Positions 12,480-25,088 of a stretch of DNA of 64,000 bases are shown piece after piece. Origin of the DNA: Octopus vulgaris. Taxonomy: Eukaryota. The stretch lies in assembly GCA_951406725.2 (NCBI GenBank), contig OX597814.1:169570001-169634000 (forward strand), read 5' to 3'. How positions within the stretch are numbered: position 1 is the first letter of the stretch; every line of letters begins with the position of its first letter. The notes beneath the pieces were generated by a model. The model was not told the origin of the DNA, made no database searches, and was given only the letters and a program-made list of their open reading frames with translations. The position numbers were made by a program, and so were the translations under genes.

Positions 12480-13380
12480 CACTTGGCTGGCTGCAATAAC
12501 ACATTACTGAAAAGGCCTCAAAAAGTAGAAATATATTTGGCATTCGCTACAACCATTGTGGGAGTGATCTTTTTTTTTTTTTGTCACTCACTGATATTCA
12601 TTTCATATTTAACGAAGTATGTTTATAAAAGATACTATCTGAGGATGAATACTGTAGTACATCACCTATACATTACCATGATATATAAAGAGGGTTATTT
12701 TGATTTAATACAGTCTCAATGGCATATGCCAGATTTTTATTCAACTAAGCAGCTATTTACGACATCAGTGAATGTTTATTTACATTTTCCTATTTCAGGG
12801 CAATGAATTCTCACCAGAGTACATGATTGGCTGTGGGTACAGATCATTGTGAAAGCCCAAAAAGATTGAAATGCATCTGGCATTTTTATTGGCCTTTTGT
12901 AGGGAGATTTTCTTTTTTTCTGTGTCCCTCCAATATTTATTGTATTTTTAACACAGCGCGACCATAAAAAATGTTATCTCAAGACAAATACTGTAGTAAA
13001 TTGCCTATCAATGGTGTATATTCACTAAGTATGATACAAAGATAGCTAATTTAATTTAATATTACCTCAATTGTATATACCAGATTTTTATTTAACCAGG
13101 CAGTTATTTGCAACATCAGTGACTGTTTTGTTCACTGTTTCCTATATTAGAGGCAATGAATCATCATCTAAGCAAGTGACTGACAGCAAGTTTGTGCTAA
13201 AATGCATCTGGTGTTCTCATTGGCTGCTGTTAGGGTGTTTTCTTTTTTTGGCTTTTCTGATATTTCTTATGTGTTATTAGCATGGCATTTTCCAGGATGA
13301 ATATCACAGTAACTGGCCTATAAGCATTCTATATACATTAAGTTTGATACATAGATAGTTATTTTAATAGACTGTTTCTC
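12480..13380. repeat. Diverged tandem array, ~2.5 copies of a ~350-bp non-microsatellite unit
   Basis: CCAGATTTTTATTCAACTAAGCAGCTATTTACGACATCAGTGA (~12730) versus CCAGATTTTTATTTAACCAGGCAGTTATTTGCAACATCAGTGA (~13080). AAATGCATCTGG and GATGAATA motifs recur in register. Confidence 0.8.
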
Positions 13381-13519
13381 TAACAAAGAAAAAAGTGAAA
13401 ACAAACCCTTGAAAGAAGAATTCGACAATACAGAAACTCTGAGTAGCAGAACTGACAGCTTCAGTCAAATAAATTGCATGTGGTTTAAGAAGTGTATTTT
13501 TTAACCATATGGTTTCAAA

Positions 13520-13710
13520 TTCTGTTCCACTGTTTGGCAAAATACAGACACAGCTATGTGGTTAACAAGCTTGCTTCTCAGCCGTGTTATTTTGGGTTGA
13601 GTGTCACTGCATGGCACCTTATAAAAGCATCTTCTATTATAGCTTTGGTTAACCAATATCTTGTAAGAGAATTTGGTCAGTGGAAACTGCACAAAGCCTG
13701 TTGTGCATGT
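13520..13710 (+). mobile_element. SINE family A, decayed 5' half
   Basis: GCTATGTGGTTAACAAGCTTGCTT..GGCACCTT..GGAAACTG homology. Confidence 0.7.
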
Positions 13711-13765
13711 ATGTATGTATGTATGCATGTATGTACATACGTACATACGTACATATGTATGTATG

Positions 13766-13819
<54 letters not shown>

Positions 13820-13904
13820 TACACATATATACATATGTGTATATATGTGTGTGTGTGGGTATGTATGTTTTATCTCAATCTTGAAATAAAACTAAATAAT
13901 GACA

Positions 13905-14545
13905 TACATACTGGTGACACATAAAAGACACCCATGCTGGTGACACTTAGAGGGCATCCATTACATTCTTGAAGTGGCTTGCATTAGGAAGGGCATCCAG
14001 CTGTAGAAATAAAACAAAAATCAGGCTGGAACCTAGCACAGCTCTCTGGCTTAGCAGTTCCACTCACATTATCTAACTAATGCCAGCATGGAAAACAGAT
14101 GCTAAATGTTGCTGCTGTTGCTGATAATATATATACATACATACATATATACATATATATATATATGGCTTCTGTGCCGGTGGCACATAAAAAGCACCAT
14201 CCGAACGTGGTCGATGCCAGCGCCGCCCCGACTGGCTCCTGTGCCGGTGGCACATAAAAAGATCATCTGAACGTTGCCGAACGTTGCTTGGCTGGCTGCC
14301 GTGCCGCTGGCACGTTAAAAGCTCCAACCGATCGTGACCGATGCCGGAACCCCCCCTGGCACCTGTGCAGGTGGCACGTAAAAAGCACCCACTACACTCA
14401 CAGAGTGGTTGGCGTTAGGAAGGGCATCCAGCCGTAGAAACTGGAGCCTGGAGCAGCCCCTGGCTTCCCAGACCCCGGTCAAACCGTCCAACCCGTGCTA
14501 GCGCGGAAAACGGATGTTAAACGATGATGATGATGATGATGATAT
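13905..14545 (+). mobile_element. Two adjacent RTE 3'UTR copies (13905-14125 old; 14166-14545 young)
   Basis: TTAGGAAGGGCATCCAGC motif twice, GGTGGCACATAAAAAGCACC modules, (GAT)n tail. Confidence 0.9.
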
Positions 14546-14643
14546 ATATATAATAAGTGTAGATCGTATACGAGTGGGTATATATTTATAAAAAAGAAGC
14601 TTGAAAATGCCACTATATAAGATAAATATTAATCTTCTTAGAA

Positions 14644-14689
14644 ATTTTATGTTTTGGTTCTTCTTGAAAAAACGAACCTTATCAAAAAT
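14644..14689 (-). ncRNA. Decayed hammerhead-like motif with U3-A8 core variant
   Basis: Minus strand: AUUU-UUGAUAA-GGUUC-loop-GAACC-AAAA-CAUA-AAAU. The G of GAAA is lost, consistent with CpG decay. Confidence 0.4.
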
Positions 14690-14791
14690 ATTTTAAAAAG
14701 TTAAGTGTAATAAAAAAGTTCATAATTGTTTCTTACTGGTCTCAACAGAATCCACGTGGTGGTGTTTTGTTTTATTTATATATATATATAA

Positions 14792-15088
14792 ATAGTCAAT
14801 CCAAACAAGAACAAACAAGAAAAAAACAACAAACGGGGATGTGGTACAAGTACTGTGTTATTGGATGCTCAGGAAAGGAAAGAAAAGAAAGAGGATTTTT
14901 TGAGCAGAGCTCTTCATCAGAAATATAGAAAAATCCAAAGAAGAGAAGAAGAGAAAGAAAATCGTCAATGATACATACACAGGAAATCTTCTTTCTTTTC
15001 TTTCCTTTCCTGAGCATCCAATAACACAGTACCTGTACCACACCCTTGCACTGTTTTTTTTTTTTGTTCTTGTTTGGATTGACTATAT
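14792..15088 (-). mobile_element. Hammerhead-bearing element, family c, with inverted terminal arm
   Basis: Arms 14792-14892 and ~14995-15088 are inverted. Minus-strand motif UUU-CUGAUGA-A-GAGC-UCU-GCUC-AAAA at 14895-14923. Homologous to 49880-50075 and 60490-60700. Confidence 0.75.
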
Positions 15089-15194
15089 ACCACACGCTCA
15101 CACAGACGCTGGCCTTCTAACTGACTTTGGGGTACCTAATTCCTGGAATTCTTGTATCTCTGGATTACTGTTCCTGTTCATTCAAATTATGCCA

Positions 15195-15233
<39 letters not shown>

Positions 15234-15256
15234 TATATATGTATATATATATATAT

Positions 15257-15440
15257 AGGGAGAATTCACAAAAAAACAAAAGACGAAGACAGGTGGTGTA
15301 GAAAACAAACAGATGTATTAGTATAACGCTTGGGAATTGAAAAAGTCTTTAACGTTTCGAGCCTACGCTCTTCCACAGAAAGGAACACAGAAAGAAACAA
15401 GGAGAGAAAAAAAATGTGTGTAGTGGCTAGTGATCTATCA
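15257..15440 (-). mobile_element. Short hammerhead-bearing element, family b
   Basis: Minus strand 15347-15382: CUUU-CUGUGGA-A-GAGC-GUAG-GCUC-GAAA-CGUU-AAAG. Stems I and II are perfect, with A6U in the core. Flanked by (TA)n. Confidence 0.75.
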
Positions 15441-17262
15441 AGTATATATAAATATATATAAATTTTTTACCAGTTCAAATATGCAAGGGGATATTTGAAC
15501 TTGTAAGAAAGCCATTCACTGTAGTTTTGTCATGGAGAAAAATTCTCGCTGCAGACAAAAAAGTGTAAACACACCAAGTCAGCCTGGAGCACCTCCTACC
15601 TAGATCAATAGATGAATGGATTTTGGAGTTGTTATCTTCTCTTCAGCATCGAATACTTGAAAGGGCAGCACTACAAACTAACAATGAGAGACTGGATCCC
15701 TCTTATAATCCCAAGTATTATGACTGGTTGTGCTAATGAACAGCCTGACAATAATAAAGTACAGATTTAAAATGCTAAGCAGTGATGTGTACAAACATGA
15801 ACTTGTTTCCAGTTCAAATATGCTTGAGATATATTCAGACCTGTAGGACTTGGGTCAAAGGAAGGGCTTAATGAAAGCAGTGGGAAAGAGAGAAATAGGA
15901 TGATGGAATAGAGAGAAGAGATGAGAAGTACATTAAGAAGTGAAAATGACCTGTTGAACTTCTTTAAGTACTTCTGATTTTAATATTATTATAAACAGGT
16001 TGTTAGCCAATTCATTAATGTTAGAACTTTGGAATCATCCTGTATCAACACCATCTTCATTTTATGTCCACTTTTCATGCTGACATATGTAGGTCTCTTC
16101 AATAGCATTCAACTAGCCTTCAAATGTTGGCATGATTCAAATTTTGGCATGATTTCTAAGTCCGAATGACCCTTCTAACACCAACCAACTTACTGAGTGT
16201 ACTGGTTATTTTGTTAACATTTTTATGACACCAGCCTTATAGAGGTTGTCTTGGGATCAGCAGGACAAAAGAGCCCACTTGAGTTATGTACTGTCATTGT
16301 TCAGATTGATTACCAAACATTTAGAGTGTATACGGAGCTTTTTATGGCACCAGCATTGTAGGGGTTGCCTTGTAGGTCGCAAAGCTAAAGAGAGCACCCC
16401 ATGATGTAAAAGAACAGATTTATTCTGAGAGGGTGGGTATGGAGAGAATAACAGAAGGGAAAAGTGTTGCAGTGGGAGAATAGAAGACAGAAGAATGAAA
16501 GTGGGGGAGTGCTGTTAGGGATTAGTGTGAAGGAGAGGAGGGGACAATGTGGGAATGGTATTGGGGTGTGTTAAGATTTTTGAATCATCTTGTATGTATG
16601 CGTATACACACAGATGCACACATACACACACACACACACACATATATACACACAGATATACTTACATGTAAAGTTACTTGAAACATGTTTATCTATAAGA
16701 ATGTAAAGAAATTTTTCTTTTATGCTTCATCACATACTTGTATATACAGCATTGTTTTCTTAAGCCTATTGTTTGTTTTGTAATCTATTTTTGATTTTAC
16801 TTTCTTATGAATATTATTTGCACTTGTATATTGCAGATTTATGTACATGGAATTATGTACGTATGTTTAATGTATTGCTTACTTGTGTATATTATATTGT
16901 TTATTCATATGCATATTATTTATTTAAGCCTATACTTTATTTATGCACATATTTATATATGCATACTGGTTTTTCAAAATGTCATTTTGGTTTATTTACA
17001 TCATTCATTTGTGAACAATGGTATCATTGTTTATAAGTTTCCGCTGTCTCAGTCTTTTTTTGATCACAGCATTTCAAATGGTAAGACTTACAACAGGTGT
17101 TTTTACTTAGTTTCTGAATGTTTTCCCAAATTCTTATATCAAAGAGCAGAAAAGTTTTGTCCAAAGTTGTGTACCCTGCCATCACACATTGAGAAACTGA
17201 GCACAGATGCAACTGCACAAGCCTTTGTAAAATGGTGTTATTCTTCAACTTTTTGGAGTGAT

Positions 17263-17483
17263 TTAATCCTTTAGAATTCAAACCAGCCATATCCAGCCAA
17301 AATATTCTACCAGTTTTATGTTAAAACTGGTGAGACTTGACCTCTCTCAGCTATCCTACAGTGTCATTCTAAAAATAAGCAATCGCACCATGAAAATCTC
17401 AAAGCTACAAGATAAATACATGATTAATCCAAAATAGTGTGCATAAACAAGCTTTACATTTGAGAGCATAATCTGAATTCTTT
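17263..17483. mobile_element. piggyBac-like MITE (TTAA end), decayed
   Basis: Homologous along its length to 47542-47726. Starts TTAATCCTTTAGAATTCA. Confidence 0.65.
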
Positions 17484-17889
17484 ATCACTAAATGCTGTTA
17501 CTGAGAACTTTATCTACTTTGAGTTCCACTGTAAAGATGAAATTAATTTACTTAGATTCTTCTGAAGTTCTTAAATTCTTACAATGTAAACATCTTACAG
17601 TTCTTGCAGCCAATAACAAAGCTTCTAAAATGGATGTTGAAAATTCAAAAGCATTGCTTTTGTATATTGGTTATTGTGTTTGTCACGATCACAGATGTGG
17701 GTCCGTATCCCAAGGGCAAACTTCAACTTCCATCCAAGGAGTTTCTTAACCTAACTTTCTATATGCTATTATCTATAGCTTTATCTTTGTGTTCCATTGT
17801 AAAAAAATAAATTTAGTTCAATTCTTTTGAAGTTTCTAAATTCTCTTAAATTAAACACGCATACACACACACACATCACCCTCATCATC

Positions 17890-17891
17890 AA

Positions 17892-17923
<32 letters not shown>

Positions 17924-18110
17924 CCACTTAACACCTGTTTTCCATACTGGCATGGGTTGGATGGTTCAACATGATCCAACAAGCTTGAGGACTGTGCTGA
18001 GTTCTAGTGCCCATTTCAGTATGGTTTATATAGCTGGATGTCTTTCCTAGCACCAACAGAGTGAGTGTACAGGATGCATTTTTCTTTTCTGTGACACTGG
18101 CACTTTGTCT
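17890..18110 (-). mobile_element. RTE 3' tail copy
   Basis: (CAT)n followed by TTTCCATACTGGCATGGGTTGGA..GCTGGATGTCTTTCCTAG. Confidence 0.8.
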
Positions 18111-18338
18111 TATAAGTAACTCACAGGACAAGGAAAAGACCCTCACCTAAGTGGGATTGTGGTAGAGATTGAGATGGCTTTGTACCTGGTGTTGAGAGGC
18201 TAAAGTATGTCAGAAGGACTGACACAAGTGTCTTGCTACAGGGGAAGATACATCATCATCAACATCATCATCATCATCATCATCATTTAATGTCTGCTTC
18301 CCATGGTAGCATGGGTTGTATGGTTTGACAGAAGTTGA

Positions 18339-18748
18339 AAGGGAGTGAGCTGGCAGAAACGTTAGCATGCCAGGTGAAATGTTTAGCGGTATTTCGTCTG
18401 CCATTACGTTCAAATTCCGCCGAGGTCGACTTTGCTTTTCATTCTTTCAGGGTCGATTAAATAAGTACTAGTTACGCACTGGGGTCGATATAATCGACTT
18501 AACCCATTTGTCTGTCCTTGTTTGTCCTCTCTGTGTTTAGCCCTTTGTGGGTAGTAAAGAAATAGGTATTTCGTCTGCTGTTACGTACTGAGTTCAAATT
18601 CCGCCGAGGTTGACTTTGCCTTTCGTCCTTTCGGGGTCGATAAATTAAGTACCAATTACGCTCTGGGGTCGATGTAATCGACTTAATCCTTTTGTCTGTC
18701 TTTGTTTGGCCCCTCTATGTTTAGCCCCTTGTGGGCAATAAAGAAATA
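18339..18748 (+). mobile_element. SINE family B dimer (tRNA head + Meta/MESC-like core) inserted in an RTE tail
   Basis: GAGTTCAAATTCCGCCGAGGTCGACTTTGCCTTTCATCCTTTCGGGGTCGATAAATTAAGTACCA core twice. 9-bp TSD AGAAGTTGA at 18330-18338 and 18749-18757. Confidence 0.9.
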
Positions 18749-18869
18749 AGAAGTTGACCAGCTGGAGAGCTTTCTGGGTTCTATTTGTTTGTTTCAGTAT
18801 GGTTTCTATGGCTGGATGCCCTTCCTAATGTAAATCACTTTACAGTAGTGTGACTGGATGTTTAATTTT

Positions 18870-19000
18870 TATCACTCTTGGTACATGTCCTCAGATTGAC
18901 ACCCAAACACTCTGAAATGTCTGTATTGGATCTTCTGGCATGAATGCCAAGCTGTACAGCATATTGTTTCCAAATTTTTGGCTGAGTGAATTCTGCCATC
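18870..19000 (-). mobile_element. maT/DD37D transposase N-terminal relic
   Basis: MAEFTQPKIWKQYAVQLGIHARRSNTDISECLGVNLRT. Nucleotide homology to 4895-5010. Confidence 0.7.
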
Positions 19001-19009
19001 CCTAGTTTC

Positions 19010-19200
19010 TCAGGCACAGATATTCTTCTCTGGATGGGATGCTGGTCTGTCACAGGATTACTCATTCTTACCTGCTGAGTGAACTGGAGAATCATGAAAT
19101 GAAGCATTTGGCTCAAGATCATGATGCATCACCCACTCCAGAAATCAAAACCACAATCATACAATCATGAGTCCAACACTTTAACTACTAAGCTGCCCAC
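19010..19200 (-). mobile_element. SINE family C, decayed
   Basis: Reverse complement matches the head/core of 1915 and 5200, including the CAGACCAGCATCCCATCCAG tail motif. Confidence 0.6.
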
Positions 19201-19320
19201 TTTTACATTATACAAGAATGGATTGGAGTAAATGGGGTGGAGCTGGAAAGAGAGATAATGCTCTTGGTGATGAAGTGTCAGAATGTACATTGGGAAAAAG
19301 GGATATTACAGCTCTTTATT

Positions 19321-20045
19321 AAGGTGGCCTGCTGGCAATTAGCATACCAGACAAAATGCTTAGTGGTATTTCATCCGTCTTTATGTTCTGAGTTCAAATT
19401 CTGCCAGAGTTGACTTTACCTTTCATTCTTTTGGGGTCGATAAAATAAATACCAGTTGAACACTGGGGTCAATGTAATTAACTTAGCCCTTCCCTTGAAA
19501 TGGCTGGCCTTGTGCCAAAATTGGAAATTAATATTGCCTCTATTGAAGTGTCAGAATGTACATTTAGAAAATGTGATATTACAGCTCTTTATTAAGGTGG
19601 CCTGCTGGCAGTTTAGCATATCAGGCAAAATGCTTAGTGGTATTTAAAGTGGCGAGCTGGCAGAAATGTTAGCATGCTGAGTGAAATGTTTAGCAGTTTT
19701 TCGTCTGCCGCTGCATTCTGAGTTCAAATTCCACCAAGGTCGACTTTGCCTTTCATCCTTTCGGGGTCGATTAAATAAGTACTAGTTACGCACAGGGGTC
19801 GATATAATTGACTTAATCCATTTGTCTGTCCTGGTTTGTCCTCTCTGTGTTTAGCCCATTGTGGGTAGTAAAGAAATAGGTATTTCATCCGTCTTTATAT
19901 TCTGAATTCAAATTCTGCCAGGGTCGACTTCGCCTTTTATTCTTTTGGGGTCGATAAAATAAATACCAGCTGGACACTGAGGTCAATGTAATCAACTTAG
20001 CCCTTCCCTTGAAATGGCTGGCCTTGTGCCAAAATTGGAAATCAA
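19321..20045 (+). mobile_element. Cluster of nested/duplicated SINE family B copies
   Basis: Three Meta-like cores. The ~273-bp unit at 19272-19544 is duplicated, and the second copy is interrupted by a younger SINE B (19646-19880). Confidence 0.85.
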
Positions 20046-21221
20046 TATTGCCTCTCTTTATTGAAGCGTACTAATGTAATATTATCACTGATGCCAATAT
20101 GGAAGGCAGTCATTAAATGATGATTACTGCTCTTTATATGAAGTGATGACATAAAGATAAAAACTTTAGTGATACACCATAAAGACATGTTCTCTCTCAT
20201 ACAGTAAGTAAAAACAGATTCAATGTTATATGGCAAAAACTAGTTCTGTAAAATTATATCCTTCCAGCCTACATGAAGCAAATGTAGCATATCCAATTTT
20301 ATAAATGCCAAACCGCAGAACAATGAGCTAGAATTTCACTTCAGTGAAGTTTAGTTTTTGAAAGTGGGCATTGACCTTAAAATACAGAAGAAACTAGAAG
20401 TTACTGATTGAAGGGCTTTTACCAGAACTAAGTTTCAATGATTTGTGGACGAAATTAATTTAAACAATTACGGCAATTTATGATTGAAATAAAATAAATG
20501 AAGTGAATAAGCTAATGAAAACCTCCTGTAACTTAATAGATTGTTGAGCTACCATTCAAAGGTTGAGTCTTAGTATAACATGATAAGAAATATCCTTATT
20601 AGCGGAGTTACTGTGAAGTAGATTAGCGTTAGGAAAGATGTCTCTTTCTAGAAACCACACCAAAGCAAACATGGCCATATTCAAGCAGGTCTCAGATCCA
20701 CCAGATCTTGTCAAACTGTCCAGCCTAATGCCAGTATAGGACATCGAATTAATTGATGATGGCAAAGGTGGCGATGATGATTAAAATCATATCTTTAGCT
20801 ATGGAGCTTAGATTTTTTTAAGAAGGATGAAGTTGGAAAATTATTAATGTGACCTATAAATGCATATGTCCTCCTCCTCCTCCTCCTCCTCGTCCTCATC
20901 ATCATCATCATCATCTTCATCATCATTATCATCATTTGATTCTATATTCCCTGCTGACATTGGGCTGGACAGTTTGACAAGACCTGATGGGTCTGAGGAC
21001 TGTTTGATACTCTCATGTTTGCTTTGGCATCATTTCCGCAAGGAGACACACTTCCTAATACCAATCTACAACACAGCATGTACTGGGTGCTGTTTTTCAT
21101 GGCACCAGCACCAGTGAGGTTGCCACATGATTTCTGATTCATTTGCACAGAACAAACGAACCTGAAAACATGTGGTTAGGAAGCAGACTCTTCAAATACT
21201 CACTCAAGCCTCAACGTATAT

Positions 21222-21266
<45 letters not shown>

Positions 21267-21334
21267 CATACATACATATATATATATTTATTTATATATT
21301 GTCATCATCATTGTCATCCTCATTTAATGTCTTA

Positions 21335-21605
21335 TTCTATTGATCTCTTTTGCTGAACCGCTAAGTTACGGGGACGTAAACACACCAGCATCGGTTGTCA
21401 AGCGATGTTGGGAGGACAAACACAGACACACAAACATACACACATACACACACACACACACACACATATATATACCAAATCCACTCACAAGGCTTTGGTC
21501 AGCCCAAGGCTATAGTAGAAGACATTTGCCCAAGGTGCCATGCAATGGGACCAAACCTGGAACCATGTGGTTGGTAAGCAAGCTACTTACCACACAGCCA
21601 CTCCC
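21335..21605 (-). mobile_element. SINE family A (partial)
   Basis: GCTAAGTTACGGGGACGTAAACACACCAGCATCGGTTGTCAAGCG and head CAAGCTACTTACCACACAGCCACTCC. Confidence 0.9.
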
Positions 21606-21724
21606 TCTGCACTTTTTAATCACACTTCCTTCACAATATTCTGCCACTTGTATTATGGCATTTGAACCTGTGTATGCCCTGGCACTTGCCACCATCTATA
21701 TCTCCTTTCTTTACTCAACTCAAT

Positions 21725-22150
21725 GATCGTTGCCAGAGCAGCAAACTGGCTTCCTTGCTGGTTGCACGTAAAAAGCACCATTCAAGTGTGATCGTTACCA
21801 GCGTCGCCTTACTGGCACTTGTGCTGGTGGCACATGAAAAAACATTTGAGCAAGGTCATTGCCAGTGCTGCTGGACTGGCTCCTGTGCAGGTGGCACATA
21901 AAAAACACCATTTGAACATGGCCGTTCCCAGTACCGCCTGACTGGCCCTTGTGCTGGTGGCACATAAAAGCACCCACTACACTCTCAGAGTGGCTGGCAT
22001 TAGTTAGGAAGGGCATCCAGCTATAGAAACTCTGCCAGATCAGATTGGAGCCTGGTGCAGCCATCTGGTTCACCAATCCTCAGTCAAATCGTCCAACCCA
22101 TGCTAGCATCGAAAGCAGACGTTAAACGATGATGATGATGACGATGATGA
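21725..22150 (+). mobile_element. RTE 3'UTR copy with multiple modules
   Basis: GGTGGCACATAAAAAACACC modules, GGAAGGGCATCCAGC, (GAT)n tail. Confidence 0.9.
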
Positions 22151-22802
22151 TGATGACGATGATGATGATGATAAAATATTTGTACACACTTGCAAACACA
22201 CACAGATACACAACACACACATACATATGATGATGATGATGATGATATACATATGTAGGATCATATCTTGTCATATATACAAAATCCTAAAATGTAGATT
22301 AGAATTTTCTCTGGAAAATTCTGTAGAAAATAGTAAAAGTAAAAGTAATTTATTTTTCAAATACTTATCATATTTCTGTTTCCACTATTCATTTCTTTAC
22401 TTTTCTATATCAAATACAGAACTGTTTCTACACATATCTAATAAAAAGAATAAAAAACAAATCTGTGCGCAGAAAATTGCATTGTAAATAAGAAATTTGT
22501 TTTATCATTGCCTCCAAAGGAATAGTAACAGGAAAAATTATTTTTTTTTATTGTATAATAAATGGAATTACAATTTATTCAACAATTTTAATCTACATTC
22601 CTTTTAAACATATGTTAAACATACATTCACAGCTACTTTCTTGAAGTGTTCTCTCGTTCTCTCTTAATACTCAAAGCTATAACTCTCACAAGATTAATAG
22701 AAAGGTTGTAGTAATAGAATCTCTTGTCAGTCTGGGATCTTTCTAGAGATCGTTCTTCTGACGAAAACGGTATAGCTATAAATTAACACACACACATACA
22801 TA

Positions 22803-23205
22803 CTCTTTACTCTCTTTTACTTGTTTCAGTCATTTGACTGTGGCCATGCTGGAGCCACCGCCTTTAGTTGAGCAAATCGACCCCAGGACTTATTCTTTGT
22901 AAGCCTAGTACTCACTCTATCGGTCTATTTTGCCGAACCGCTAAGTTACGGGACGTAAACAAACCAGCATCGGTTGTCAAGCGATGTTGGGGGGTGGGAC
23001 AAACACAAACACACAAACATACACACACACACACATATACATATATACGACAGGCTTCTTTCAGTTTCCGTCTACCAAATCCACTCATAAGGCTTTAGTC
23101 GGCCCAAGGCTATAGTAGAAGACACTTGTCCAAGGTGCCATGCAGTGGGACTGAACCCGGAACCATGTGGTTGGTAAGCAAGCTACTTACCACACAGCCA
23201 CTCCT
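22803..23205 (-). mobile_element. SINE family A, full length
   Basis: Minus strand: A-box-like TGGCTGTGTGG, B-box-like GGTTCAGTCCC, CCTTGGACAAGTG core, (TG)n, tail ..GACTGAAACAAGTAAAAGAG. Confidence 0.92.
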
Positions 23206-23498
23206 ACACATGTATCTTATCTTTTTTTTAATCTTTTATTTGTATCATTCATTGGGCTTTAGCCATGCTGGGGCACCACTGTGAAGAGTTTTAGGTGAAC
23301 AGAATGTACGAGGTGCTTTTCTCACTTGCACTAGTGTGGTCTCCAAGGGGTCGCAAGACATGACTCCCTCAATGAGGGAGTTGTAACATTGAGAGATCTA
23401 GCATATGTTTGGTGTTGAAAGACGGGAGCATGACTGAAGGACAGGAACAAGTCTTGCTCCTCCTGTATGCGTGTGTGAGTAAAAGTAACAGCAAGGGA

Positions 23499-23592
23499 CA
23501 TAGCTCAATTAATTAGGAATAGAGTTAGTGTAGATGAGATGCAGTTTGGAATTATGCCAAGTAGAAGCATGACTGATGCTATATTTCTGGTT
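23499..23592 (+). mobile_element. Small RTE reverse-transcriptase fragment
   Basis: IAQLIRNRVSVDEMQFGIMPSRSMTDAIFLV versus IAQLIRERVSLDEMQFGFVPGKSTTDAIFLV in the long copy. Confidence 0.85.
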
Positions 23593-24509
23593 TTATGTTT
23601 ATCAAAAAAGACATATATTTAAATTAATTCCATTTTAGGTAGGCCTACATTTTTATTTTTCCTGTCCTACTTGATATTTAACCATATATTCTTTTCTTGT
23701 CTTTGCATTTTCTCTGTTTCAGTTGCTGAAGTGCCACCTTGTTGTACTTCCTGCTACTTTTGTGACTTGTCTCCTCTGTATCAATTGCCCAACATTTGTA
23801 TCCTATGGATTTGGATACCACTAAAGTATGCAGTTCTATTTCAAGACATTGAAACTTGCAGAATCCTTAGTGAGGCAGCTGATGAAGATTAAATTTTCAT
23901 TTTTCTTTTTGTTCCATCTGTTACACATTTTTATCCTTTGTGTTCATTTCTTATTCACATGTGTGTGTATGTGTGTGCGTGTGTTTGTGTGTGTAATCAT
24001 TATCCTCATCAATTAACATCCATGCTTCATGCTGGCATGGGTTTGACAGTTTAACAGGATTTGAAGAGTCCAAAGACTGCATTGTGATTTAGTGTTTACC
24101 TTGTCATGGTTTCTATGGCTGGATGCTTTTTTTTCCTTGCCACCAGTTCTAGTAAGGTTGCCATGCAGCTCAAAAGCTATAAACCTCAATTAAGAACTGC
24201 AATAGAATAAACATTGGTGTACAGGTGGCTCTTCAAGCTATGAGATGCACATGTAGCACAATTTGATTCACAGAAAAACACTTGGCTATGTTTTAAGCAA
24301 ACTTACCATCATCTTGGTTTTTGTTTAGTTCTGTTTTCTTTACTAATCTAATAGTTATAGTTTTGAAAGCAATTTGATATCACTGTTTTTGATTTTATTG
24401 CACATTTTTGTGTGAAATACTAACACCTTAAAACATAATCTGATGTTCAATTTAAAAAACGTGATGTACAGTTTTCAATACACTATATTTATCTTCATGT
24501 AGCATCCTC

Positions 24510-24541
<32 letters not shown>

Positions 24542-24704
24542 TGTATGTATGCACATACATATGTATGTATGTGTGTACATTTTGTTGTTGTGTGTGTGTG
24601 TGTGTGTGTGCATGTGTGTGTGTGTGTGTGTGTGCATGCGTGCGTGTGGTGTATTTGTTTGTTGTTTGAATAGGTAAACATCTGTGTGTCTGTTTGTACG
24701 TGTG

Positions 24705-25075
24705 GTCAAATCCTGACTGGGAAAGGTTGCTGCTAGAAGGTCACATGTGTAGTAGCAGGATTCAGTTCCTTGCCATAGTTCTGGAAAAAATCCGAAGTGG
24801 CTGTCCTAGAATTTCTACGACTTCACCAGCCCCCCAATTTCTGGCATCTGAATTCCCCCTGATCCCGTGGATTACTAAGTGTGGGGCACACTTCAGAAAG
24901 ACACCAATCATTCTGCTTGCAGCATCAAGGCTGTGCTGGTGACCAAGATGAGGGAGGTGTTCAAAGATATTTTCCAAAGATACAGTGAGGATCACATGTG
25001 CCAGGTTCCGGATCCACCTTAAGGCTGTAGTGTAAACTGAGAATGGCTACTTTCAGCAGAATTGTTATCTCCAAG
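24705..25075 (+). mobile_element. Second maT/DD37D-like transposase relic
   Basis: VAARRSHV**QDSVPCHSSGKNPKWLS*NFYDFTSPNFW..NSP..DY*VWGTLQKDTN, with stops and frameshifts. Confidence 0.8.
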
Positions 25076-25088
25076 TCATAATCTAGTT

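Noticed and set aside
16807-17290. 155-aa (+) and 88-aa (-) ORFs as host exons
   Set aside because: AT-rich, no recognisable domain, they run into a MITE, and there are no convincing paired splice sites.
23877-23905. CTGATGAAG motif
   Set aside because: No stem II/GAAA/stem I partner downstream.
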